A stretch of DNA of 47,870 nt, from positions 1 through 47,870 of IMG/VR virus record IMGVR_UViG_3300020045_008682; one strand, given 5' to 3'. Below are positions 1 to 6,855 of this stretch, one piece after another; the first letter of the stretch is position 1, and each line of letters begins with the position of its first letter. Below the pieces are notes generated by a model. The model did not search any database and was not told the origin of the DNA. It saw only the letters and a list, made by a program, of their open reading frames with translations. Both the position numbers and the translations under genes were made by a program. The stretch is from a virus. Its lineage: Duplodnaviria > Caudoviricetes.

Positions 1-14
1 CCTGTCGATTGGTT

Positions 15-557
15 ATGATGATTACAGAAAAAGTAAGATTAACAAACGGTAAATCGGTTGAGGCATTCAAATCTCAGTACTTTGTAAACAGTGAAAAATT
101 AGCTCGTGAATCAGGTGAGTTAGGTAAAAAAGAAAATGGTGATTGTGTTGTTAGAGCTTTTATGGCTGCTTTAGATTTACCATATAACCAAGCTCACGCT
201 TGGGTTAAAAAAGAATTAAAGCGTCAAGACCGTAAAGGTACATTTATGAATGCTTACGGTAAAAATATTATTGGTAAAACTAAAAACGGTAAAAAGATTA
301 GTTTTATAGGTTCTCATCCATCACGTAGTTACATGAAGCACTCAATTGGTAGCGATAAGATTTTGGTTAACAAGCAATACAAAAAAGCCACAGGTTATAC
401 ATTAAAATCATTTATTGAAAATAATCCAGTTGGTCGTTTTATGTTGATCGTTCAAGGTCATGCTGTTGCTGTTGTTGATGGTGTGTTATTTGGTAACAGA
501 GATGAGCAGTGGAAAGGATTGTATCGTTCAGTTTGGTTTGGTTTTGAAATGAAATAA
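15..557 (+). CDS. hypothetical protein, possible papain-like Cys-His peptidase fold
   Basis: ORF with GDCVVRA and GHAVAV motifs (candidate Cys/His dyad); ATG at 15 preferred over TTG at 9. Confidence 0.5.
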   Translation: MMITEKVRLTNGKSVEAFKSQYFVNSEKLARESGELGKKENGDCVVRAFMAALDLPYNQAHAWVKKELKRQDRKGTFMNAYGKNIIGKTKNGKKISFIGSHPSRSYMKHSIGSDKILVNKQYKKATGYTLKSFIENNPVGRFMLIVQGHAVAVVDGVLFGNRDEQWKGLYRSVWFGFEMK

Positions 558-561
558 CAAT

Positions 562-819
562 ATGAGTGATATAGACATAAAAAATATTTTTGAGAACTCA
601 TCACTAAGTGTGATTAAAGACCCGTTTGAGTTTAATAACATTAAGGAAATATCTACGTATTCATATATGGGTATTATGGGGGATTGGAAACATACAGGAA
701 AAGTAAGATTCCAAAATGGAAATACTTTAGGTGAGCAAAAATTCCAAGGATCTAGTATAGATGATGTTTTTGTTCTAATAAAACAATTTGTAATAGATTT
801 GAATAAAAAAGAAAAATAG
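562..819 (+). CDS. hypothetical protein
   Basis: 85 aa ORF directly after the previous gene. Confidence 0.6.
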   Translation: MSDIDIKNIFENSSLSVIKDPFEFNNIKEISTYSYMGIMGDWKHTGKVRFQNGNTLGEQKFQGSSIDDVFVLIKQFVIDLNKKEK

Positions 820-844
820 ATTTGCGATAAGCTTGAAAGCTTAT

Positions 845-873
845 TTGGCTCCCGCAGATCCTGTTCGTATATT
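845..873 (+). promoter_or_regulatory. early/host-type promoter TTGG-N19-TATATT
   Basis: ttggctcccgcagatcctgttcgtatatt; same motif and spacing at 2199, 3073, 4200, 5078, 5872, 7583, 10083, 17094, 36233; resembles Bacteroidota -33 TTG/-7 TAnnTTTG. Confidence 0.75.
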
Positions 874-899
874 CACCGTGTTAAAGAAAAATAAAGGTT

Positions 900-1085
900 A
901 TGACAAGAGTAAGTTTATTAATTAAAAGTCATTTGAATGACGCAATGGTTGAAATGGATTCTAATCCAATTTTATCCCAAGAACGTTTACGTTTTGTTAA
1001 ATATTTGGTTCATATGTTTCCCGACACCGATACTAGAATTGATGAGGATATTGTTTATAAACAATTTAAATTAGGAGATAAATAA
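900..1085 (+). CDS. hypothetical protein
   Basis: 61 aa ORF after the promoter; aaataaaggttATG start context shared with 2260 and 3123. Confidence 0.65.
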   Translation: MTRVSLLIKSHLNDAMVEMDSNPILSQERLRFVKYLVHMFPDTDTRIDEDIVYKQFKLGDK

Positions 1086-1086
1086 T

Positions 1087-1257
1087 ATGAGAACTAATCT
1101 TAGACAACAAGCCATGGAATGGTGGAAAAGTCTTCAGTCCAACACTCAATTAGAGTTTTGGAGACAATATCAAGAAACTACTTTTACGCCAAGTGGTTCT
1201 CCCGACCAATTAACCGGTCGAGAAATTGAACAAATTTATACTCAACATACAAACTAA
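1087..1257 (+). CDS. small hypothetical protein (56 aa, MRTNLRQQAMEWW...)
   Basis: read by eye, not in ORF track; fills the gap between neighbours with 1-nt spacers. Confidence 0.65.
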   Translation: MRTNLRQQAMEWWKSLQSNTQLEFWRQYQETTFTPSGSPDQLTGREIEQIYTQHTN

Positions 1258-1258
1258 T

Positions 1259-1444
1259 ATGACCCAACAAGAATACAAATCCCAACTCCAAAGCCTTAAA
1301 TCCATGCTCGAAATCATGCTTATCGAGGGTAACAAAAAAGGCCAAGAAATTTCTACCGCCTACGAGTGCGGAATGTATATAGGTACAATAAAAGCTACAA
1401 TAACCACCCTTTCCGAGCTAATTGATGACTCACAAAGTAATTAA
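1259..1444 (+). CDS. hypothetical protein
   Basis: ATG at 1259 (MTQQEYK) directly follows the stop at 1257. Confidence 0.6.
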   Translation: MTQQEYKSQLQSLKSMLEIMLIEGNKKGQEISTAYECGMYIGTIKATITTLSELIDDSQSN

Positions 1445-1607
1445 TATAATCCAGAATAGTCCCCAATGTATGGACTCAATCAAACAAGTATCTTGTAACG
1501 ACTATGAGGCCCGGTTTGGTGCGTTTATACGCGTCAAACACGGTATTATATTAACTACCACCATTGATTGGCCCAAGGTAGCACAAACCATAAACACCGC
1601 ATTATGA
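1425..1607 (+). CDS. hypothetical protein
   Basis: short ORF; stop overlaps next start (ATGA). Confidence 0.55.
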   Translation: MTHKVINIIQNSPQCMDSIKQVSCNDYEARFGAFIRVKHGIILTTTIDWPKVAQTINTAL

Positions 1608-2101
1608 TACAATATATAACACCCGAGGAACTAAAGGATAACAAACAGTATATCCATATTACTATCAAACATAATAGCTTGGGCGGGTCTAATTTTCAAG
1701 GGGCAACTCATTTTACCCGTATACCCTCTTTTGATGGTTGGGATAACGTTGAGTATTATCGTTATATAGGATCACACCTGGATAATGAATCCCCTCGTAA
1801 CCGTTTGGGTGGATATGTTTATATACTTACAAACAGTGCTTATCCCAACAAGTGTAAGATTGGTATGACTACCTCTAGCCCCGAAAGGAGATTACAACAA
1901 ATAAATTCCGCTGGTGTAGTTCACGATTGGGAACTTGCTTATACCTTTAAGTGTGCTCGCCCGTTTGATTTTGAGCAAGCCATACACGTTGTGTTGGCTG
2001 ATGTTAGGTCTCGAGCCGATCGCGAGTTTTTTGATATTGACTTGAACGATGCCATTTATTTGATTGAGGAAATGGGAGATGAATATAGTCCATTAGATTA
2101 A
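1604..2101 (+). CDS. GIY-YIG / T5orf172-domain protein
   Basis: GYVYILTN...KIGMT...RRLQQIN...REFF motif series. Confidence 0.8.
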   Translation: MIQYITPEELKDNKQYIHITIKHNSLGGSNFQGATHFTRIPSFDGWDNVEYYRYIGSHLDNESPRNRLGGYVYILTNSAYPNKCKIGMTTSSPERRLQQINSAGVVHDWELAYTFKCARPFDFEQAIHVVLADVRSRADREFFDIDLNDAIYLIEEMGDEYSPLD

Positions 2102-2160
2102 TGGGGCGTATATACGGATAGACGGAGTGGTATTGGTCAAGCCAATTTTAGCATGATTAC

Positions 2161-2175
2161 TTAGAATTGTTCTAA
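2161..2175. promoter_or_regulatory. 7-1-7 palindromic operator-like site TTAGAATnATTCTAA (copy 1)
   Basis: ttagaattgttctaa; related copies at 4162 and 7545, each starting 38 nt before a promoter TTGG. Confidence 0.6.
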
Positions 2176-2198
2176 ATGATGAAAGAAGAACCATCTTT

Positions 2199-2227
2199 TT
2201 GGCTCCCCGAGATCCCGTTCGTATATT
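2199..2227 (+). promoter_or_regulatory. early/host-type promoter
   Basis: ttggctccccgagatcccgttcgtatatt. Confidence 0.75.
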
Positions 2228-2259
2228 CATGTCATAGAGATAATTAAGAAATAAAGGTT

Positions 2260-3063
2260 ATGAAAAATGTAAATGTTGTAAAAAGAGGTCGTCCAAGTAA
2301 GAAAATTGAAAATGCTACTTACACTCCATCACTTATTGATTTTTCAAAAGTTACTAAGTTGAGTGCTTTGGATATTGATCCTCGCATGATGAAAACCATG
2401 AAATCTGGTTTGTCGATTGATGGTTTGTTTTCACATGAAGGTGGTATTCCTGCTGCTACTAATATTATGATGATTGGTGATCCTGGTGTTGGTAAAACTA
2501 CTGTGTTGTTGGATGTAATGGCTTCTGTTCAAAACAAAGGAGCTAAGTGTTTGTTCATTTCTGGTGAGATGGGTAAGAAGCAAATGTTTAAATATACTGA
2601 GCGTTTCAAGCAGTTTGGTGTTATTGAAACTTTGTTTATGCAAGATTATCTTGAGTACAATACTAAGGATGTTATCGAGCAAGTTTTGAATATTGGTTAT
2701 GATTTGGTTTTGATTGATAGTGCTGCTGAAATCATTGAGGCGGTACGTGATGACAATGGTTGGGATCGTAAGATGGCCGAGTCATGGTTGGTTGACAATT
2801 GTGTTAAAAACAATAAAGGTGAAAACAAGAATGAAAAATTTACTTCATTTTTGTTGATCCAGCAAGTTACTAAAGCTGGTGTGTTTAGTGGTTCTAATAA
2901 ATTGAAACACTTGGTTGATGCTATGGGTGAGATGCGTCGTGAAGATGATTCAACATACATCAATTTTACTAAAAACAGAAATGGTATTGTTGATACTAAA
3001 GTATTTTACCAGTTGTCAAACAACTCAATCCGTTACGGTTCTATGGAAGCCGTAGAAGCTTAA
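2260..3063 (+). CDS. RadA/Sms-like RecA-fold ATPase
   Basis: Walker A GDPGVGKT, LFISGE, Walker B LVLIDS, QVTKAG..SG...LKHLVD, KNR motifs. Confidence 0.8.
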   Translation: MKNVNVVKRGRPSKKIENATYTPSLIDFSKVTKLSALDIDPRMMKTMKSGLSIDGLFSHEGGIPAATNIMMIGDPGVGKTTVLLDVMASVQNKGAKCLFISGEMGKKQMFKYTERFKQFGVIETLFMQDYLEYNTKDVIEQVLNIGYDLVLIDSAAEIIEAVRDDNGWDRKMAESWLVDNCVKNNKGENKNEKFTSFLLIQQVTKAGVFSGSNKLKHLVDAMGEMRREDDSTYINFTKNRNGIVDTKVFYQLSNNSIRYGSMEAVEA

Positions 3064-3066
3064 AAA

Positions 3067-3101
3067 AAGGGGTTGGCTTTTCAACCCCCCTTTCGTATAT
3101 T
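3067..3101 (+). promoter_or_regulatory. promoter overlapping a terminator-like hairpin
   Basis: aaggggttg-gctttt-caacccc hairpin contains TTGG (3073), followed by cgtatatt (3094). Confidence 0.6.
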
Positions 3102-3122
3102 CATGTCGCAGAAATAAAGGTT

Positions 3123-3605
3123 ATGAGAAAAATAATGTATTTACACGGTTTAGAGAGTTCCAACGTTTGTGATAAAGTTGATTTCTTACGTGAACAAAAT
3201 GAGGTTTTAGCCCCTTCAATTGATTACCGTAAATCAAATATTGAAGAAGAGCTTATGTATATGGTTGAGTCATTTCAACCTGATTTGATTATTGGTTCTT
3301 CAATGGGTGGTTATTGTGGTTTGTTACTTGCCAATCATTATAAAGTTGATTGTTTAGTTTTTAACCCTGCTATTCACTCTCGTCCTATAGAACCCAATTT
3401 AAAATCATTAGTATTAAGTGATATTGATCCTAGTTTTATTCCAGTTGTTGTTTTAGGTATGGAAGACACCATTATTGATCCTGCTAAATCAGAAGATATA
3501 CTTGAACAAGTTGAGTTTCATTGTGATATCGAAAGAGTAGAAGGTTTAGGTCATAGGATTCCGTTTTATGTGTTTGTTGATATTTATAACAAATACGTAA
3601 AATAA
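3123..3605 (+). CDS. YqiA/YcfP-like alpha/beta hydrolase (esterase)
   Basis: YLHG, GSSMGG nucleophile elbow, NPA, D and GH catalytic positions. Confidence 0.85.
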   Translation: MRKIMYLHGLESSNVCDKVDFLREQNEVLAPSIDYRKSNIEEELMYMVESFQPDLIIGSSMGGYCGLLLANHYKVDCLVFNPAIHSRPIEPNLKSLVLSDIDPSFIPVVVLGMEDTIIDPAKSEDILEQVEFHCDIERVEGLGHRIPFYVFVDIYNKYVK

Positions 3606-4165
3606 TGTCTTTCAATTATAAAGCTTACTTAAAAAATAATATCCTATTACAAGAGGAATTTCCTAGAGGAAAATGGGTTGACCTTAGTGATAAGGAAAAA
3701 GAAGAATATGCTAGTGATATTTTTAACCTAATCAACACAGCATATGCGCCTATAGGCGGTAATGTAAATTATAAGAGCGCAGCAGATGTATTAGGTGCGG
3801 AAGCCGATGCTGATTACGAGGTAATTAATATAGACGATGATCCTGAACCCGATGCTTTAAGTGCTTATAAGAAACAACCTGCTGGAAATAAATTAGCCGC
3901 TATTGGACACGATGGGTCTCCTGAGGCAAAATCTAAAGTTATTAATCACTATGCTGATTTGTTAAAGAAAAAAGGATATTATTTAGAGGTATCAGGTAAA
4001 TTAAAGGATATTTTATTAGCTAAAGGAGCACCTGTAGTTACAGATCCTGAATTAATTAAAAAGGTATTAAAAGGTAAAACTATCGAACTAAACGATGATG
4101 GAACATATCAACGTTTTTTAGGTGGTGAAAAACACACCAAAACTTTGCTTGGAAATCCCATTTAG
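3605..4165 (+). CDS. hypothetical protein, possibly late/virion-packaged
   Basis: 186 aa ORF; ATATTTATA motif upstream at ~3580; N-terminus FNYKAYLKNNILLQE resembles those of 35582 and 44846. Confidence 0.6.
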   Translation: MSFNYKAYLKNNILLQEEFPRGKWVDLSDKEKEEYASDIFNLINTAYAPIGGNVNYKSAADVLGAEADADYEVINIDDDPEPDALSAYKKQPAGNKLAAIGHDGSPEAKSKVINHYADLLKKKGYYLEVSGKLKDILLAKGAPVVTDPELIKKVLKGKTIELNDDGTYQRFLGGEKHTKTLLGNPI

Positions 4166-4176
4166 AATGATTCTAG
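4162..4176. promoter_or_regulatory. palindromic operator-like site (copy 2)
   Basis: ttagaatgattctag. Confidence 0.6.
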
Positions 4177-4199
4177 ATGACATTTCCTCTGCAGCAAAT

Positions 4200-4228
4200 T
4201 TGGCTCCCGAGGATACCTTTCGTATATT
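4200..4228 (+). promoter_or_regulatory. early/host-type promoter
   Basis: ttggctcccgaggatacctttcgtatatt. Confidence 0.75.
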
Positions 4229-4261
4229 CATGTCATAGAAAAAAAGATAAAAATAAAAGTT

Positions 4262-5062
4262 ATGCTAAACATTAATCAAGAATTCATTTCAAAAAGTCAG
4301 ATCCGCCAACAAGCCCCTTCAATTTTCACTGCTCAAGGAGCACCTGGAACTAGTGAAAAGTATGCTCACATTCCTACTGATAAAATTATTGACGATATGT
4401 CAGCTTTAGGTTGGGGTGTTGTAGATGCTAAAGAAGTTAAAGCACGTAAAGGTGTTGGTTTCCAAAAGCATTTGGTTGTATTCCGTAATAACGATATTCA
4501 AATCACTGCCGAGGATGGTGATAACGTTTTCCCACAAATCCTATTGACAAATTCTCATGATGGTAAAAATGCATTTACTTTCACTGCTGGTTTGTTCCGT
4601 ATGGTTTGTGAAAATGGTTTGGTTGTATCTTCTCGTGAGTTTGAAAGTATGAAGATCCGTCACTACGGTTATTCATTTGAAGAGTTGCAAAACACTATTA
4701 AGTCAATTGTTGAAAAATTGCCTTTGACAGTTGAATCACTTAATAAATTCCGTTCAGTAGAATTGGGTCAAGAACAAATGCTTGATTTTGCTAAAAAAGC
4801 TCTTGCAACTCGTTTCTCAGAAGATGAGATCGAAAACATCCAAATTGATTTTGAAGATTTGCTTACACCAGTTCGTGAAGCAGATAAAGGAAATGATTTG
4901 TGGTCAGTATATAATGTAGTTCAAGAAAAATTGACTCACGGTTTGTTTAACTACAAATACGGTGTTAAAACTCGTAAAGCTCGTAAAATTAAGAATTTCA
5001 GTCAAGACATGGTTTTGAACGAGAAATTGTATGATTTGGCTCTTGAGTACGTTCCTGCATAA
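4262..5062 (+). CDS. DUF932/DUF945-family protein
   Basis: APSIF, SEKYAHIPT, NSHDG, GLFRMVCENG, LWSVYNVVQE motifs. Confidence 0.85.
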   Translation: MLNINQEFISKSQIRQQAPSIFTAQGAPGTSEKYAHIPTDKIIDDMSALGWGVVDAKEVKARKGVGFQKHLVVFRNNDIQITAEDGDNVFPQILLTNSHDGKNAFTFTAGLFRMVCENGLVVSSREFESMKIRHYGYSFEELQNTIKSIVEKLPLTVESLNKFRSVELGQEQMLDFAKKALATRFSEDEIENIQIDFEDLLTPVREADKGNDLWSVYNVVQEKLTHGLFNYKYGVKTRKARKIKNFSQDMVLNEKLYDLALEYVPA

Positions 5063-5112
5063 GGAATGTACTTAAGCTTGGAAATATAAGGATCTTTTTA
5101 TATATTTATATC

Positions 5113-5304
5113 ATGAACGAATTGGAAGAACAAGCAAGACAAGAGGCAATTTTTAATGCCAAGTGTGATGAAATTTTATCTAAAGCAGATAAATTAGGAT
5201 TACAAGTTGAAGTTGTTTGGTCTGCCTTTAAACATAAAGAACAATTCCGTAATGCTTCATTACTTGAATGCCTACAAGTAGGAGCAGATGAGTGGGATGT
5301 ATAA
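5113..5304 (+). CDS. hypothetical protein
   Basis: 63 aa ORF after promoter at 5078-5106. Confidence 0.6.
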   Translation: MNELEEQARQEAIFNAKCDEILSKADKLGLQVEVVWSAFKHKEQFRNASLLECLQVGADEWDV

Positions 5305-5309
5305 AAAAT

Positions 5310-5394
5310 GCTGTTGTGGTGGAATGGTAGACACGAAGGACTTAAAATCCTTTGGGACGTAAGTCTCGTGCCGGTTCGAGTCCGGCCAGCAGTA
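5310..5394 (+). tRNA. tRNA-Leu(UAA)
   Basis: cloverleaf; loop CT-TAA-AA, long variable arm, GGTTCGAGTCC. Confidence 0.92.
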
Positions 5395-5426
5395 CAAAAA
5401 TTAAAAAACTATATATTTATATCAAA

Positions 5427-5609
5427 ATGAAAAAAGTATTATTTATCGCTGCCTTGATTACTTTGGCTTCTTGCTCAAGTGAAACATCAACTTCTTCTTC
5501 AGATTCAGTTTGCACTGATTCAGTTTGTGTAGACACTACTAATATCGATTCTTTGATCGATAGCGTAGATGCTCATGCAGACACTTTGCATAGCCTGTTG
5601 AAGAAGTAA
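5427..5609 (+). CDS. small lipoprotein (60 aa)
   Basis: MKKVLFIAALITLAS-C lipobox; Ser/Thr/Asp-rich mature part. Confidence 0.75.
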   Translation: MKKVLFIAALITLASCSSETSTSSSDSVCTDSVCVDTTNIDSLIDSVDAHADTLHSLLKK

Positions 5610-5616
5610 TCTTCAA

Positions 5617-5702
5617 GCCGAGATCGCATAGCGGTTGATTGCACCTGACTTGTAATCAGGTTCCGTAAGGACACGCCAGTTCGAATCTGGCTCTCGGCTC
5701 CA
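5617..5702 (+). tRNA. tRNA-Thr(UGU) with atypical long variable arm
   Basis: acceptor GCCGAGA/TCTCGGC-T-CCA, stem CCTGA/TCAGG, loop CT-TGT-AA, variable hairpin TCC-GTAA-GGA. Confidence 0.85.
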
Positions 5703-5761
5703 AAATGTAGTCTTTGATTAACTCCCCGACCCAATTAAATGTTATTCGAAGGCTACTCCCC

Positions 5762-5836
5762 GCGGGTGTCGTATAATGGTTATTACACTAGCCTTCCAAG
5801 CCTGTGATGTCAGTTCGATTCTGTCCACCCGCTCCA
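5762..5836 (+). tRNA. tRNA-Gly(UCC), mismatched anticodon and T stems
   Basis: GCGGGTG/CACCCGC-T-CCA, loop CT-TCC-AA. Confidence 0.75.
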
Positions 5837-5871
5837 AAAAGAAAAAAAAAGAAAAAGAAATCAAAGTAAAT

Positions 5872-5900
5872 TTGGTATTTTGAGATCTTGTTCATATATT
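5872..5900 (+). promoter_or_regulatory. promoter of leader peptide / tRNA operon
   Basis: ttggtattttgagatcttgttcatatatt matches the promoter motif and spacing. Confidence 0.7.
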
Positions 5901-5926
5901 TATGACATATTAAAACACATTAAAAC

Positions 5927-6022
5927 ATGAAACATTGTATATCATATCATTTTAGTCTTAAAGCCGCTTGGATGAATCGTCCGGTGTCTGAGGATATTAA
6001 ATTGATAGGGCTTATGATGTGA
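5927..6022 (+). CDS. putative attenuator leader peptide MKHCISYHFSLKAAWMNRPVSEDIKLIGLMM
   Basis: 31-codon ORF with A-rich start (attaaaacATG) between promoter and terminator; 18 different amino acids. Confidence 0.7.
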   Translation: MKHCISYHFSLKAAWMNRPVSEDIKLIGLMM

Positions 6023-6063
6023 TGTTTTTAAAGACATATTGAAACACAAAGTAAGCCCGATTC
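6004..6063 (+). promoter_or_regulatory. putative antiterminator helix
   Basis: GGGCTTAT(6008-15)/GTAAGCCC(6051-58), TGTG/CACA, ATGTTT-TTAA-AGACAT; sequesters the terminator left arm. Confidence 0.65.
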
Positions 6064-6082
6064 ACAAGATCGGGCATTTTTT
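6055..6082 (+). terminator. intrinsic terminator (attenuator) before tRNA block
   Basis: GCCCGAT-tcacaag-ATCGGGC followed by ATTTTTT. Confidence 0.75.
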
Positions 6083-6084
6083 AT

Positions 6085-6104
6085 GTTCTTTGACGTATGA
6101 GAAA
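6085..6104 (+). promoter_or_regulatory. boxA-like element, copy 1
   Basis: gttctttgacgtatgagaaa, identical to 7635-7654; resembles rrn boxA TGCTCTTTAACA. Confidence 0.6.
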
Positions 6105-6108
6105 AATT

Positions 6109-6181
6109 GCGACGGTAGCAAAGATGGTCAATGCACTGGACTGAAAATCCAGCCATGCAGGTTCGAGTCCTGCCCGTCGCA
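6109..6181 (+). tRNA. tRNA-Phe(GAA)
   Basis: GCGACGG/CCGTCGC, loop CT-GAA-AA. Confidence 0.92.
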
Positions 6182-6190
6182 CAAATACAC

Positions 6191-6264
6191 AGCGTAGTAG
6201 AGGAGTGGTTTATCTCATCTGCTTTGGGAGTAGAGGTACGTCGGTTCGAATCCGACCTACGCTA
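6191..6264 (+). tRNA. tRNA-Pro(UGG)
   Basis: AGCGTAG/CTACGCT, loop TT-TGG-GA. Confidence 0.88.
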
Positions 6265-6270
6265 CAAAAT

Positions 6271-6344
6271 GACCTTATAGCTCAATTGGCTAGAGCATCG
6301 TGCTTTTAACACGGGGGTTTCGAGTTCGAGTCTCGATGGGGTCA
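6271..6344 (+). tRNA. tRNA-Lys(UUU)
   Basis: GACCTTA/TGGGGTC, loop CT-TTT-AA. Confidence 0.92.
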
Positions 6345-6350
6345 CAATTT

Positions 6351-6426
6351 CTTTCCTTCGCTTAGTTGGTTTTAAAGCGTCTCTTTTACACGGAGAAGAT
6401 CGTTGGTTCGAATCCAGCAGGAAAGA
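6351..6426 (+). tRNA. tRNA-Val(UAC)
   Basis: CTTTCCT/AGGAAAG, loop TT-TAC-AC. Confidence 0.88.
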
Positions 6427-6435
6427 CAAATAAAT

Positions 6436-6517
6436 GCCAGTATCGCATAGCGGCAATTGCTGGGGACTGTAAATCCCCTCTCTTCGGAGTTCGTAGGTTC
6501 GAGTCCTGCTGCTGGCA
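6436..6517 (+). tRNA. tRNA-Tyr(GUA)
   Basis: GCCAGTA/TGCTGGC, loop CT-GTA-AA, long variable arm. Confidence 0.92.
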
Positions 6518-6524
6518 CTAAAAT

Positions 6525-6598
6525 GGAGATATAGCTCAATTGGTTAGAGCGCCTGCCTGATACGCATGAGGTTATAGGTTCGAGTCCTATTTTCTCCA
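6525..6598 (+). tRNA. tRNA-Ile(GAU)
   Basis: GGAGATA/TTTCTCC, loop CT-GAT-AC. Confidence 0.85.
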
Positions 6599-6607
6599 CA
6601 ATTAAAT

Positions 6608-6680
6608 GGTGTATGTAACTCAGAGGAAGAGTACTCGCTTGTGACGCGAGAAGCCGGGATTTCGAAACTCCTCATACACC
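6608..6680 (+). tRNA. tRNA-His(GUG)
   Basis: G-1:C73 pair, GTGTATG/CATACAC, loop TT-GTG-AC. Confidence 0.85.
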
Positions 6681-6693
6681 CAAACCGTCGGAA

Positions 6694-6740
6694 GCCTATC
6701 ATGACCCGAGTAGGATGAAAACGCGGATATCGGGTCTTTT
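6694..6740 (+). ncRNA. candidate H-type pseudoknot between tRNAs
   Basis: CCTAT/GTAGG and GACCCGA/TCGGGTC helices interleave. Confidence 0.4.
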
Positions 6741-6824
6741 GGAGAGTAATACAGTAAGGTTGCTGTCACCGCCTGCTAAGCGAGTGGTACTTTCGAGTAT
6801 GAATTTCGATTATTCTGCTCTCCG
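6741..6824 (+). tRNA. tRNA-Ser(GCU), 8/4 cloverleaf
   Basis: 8-bp acceptor GGAGAGTA/TGCTCTCC-G, 4-bp T stem GAAT/ATTC, loop CT-GCT-AA, long variable arm. Confidence 0.8.
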
Positions 6825-6855
6825 CTATGTAAAAAATACTTATAAAAAACAGATT

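Noticed and set aside
5352-5426. N-terminal extension of the lipoprotein ORF (and 6715-6855 for the YkuK-like ORF)
   Set aside because: The extensions run through tRNA genes; better ATG starts with A-rich context lie at 5427 and 6856.
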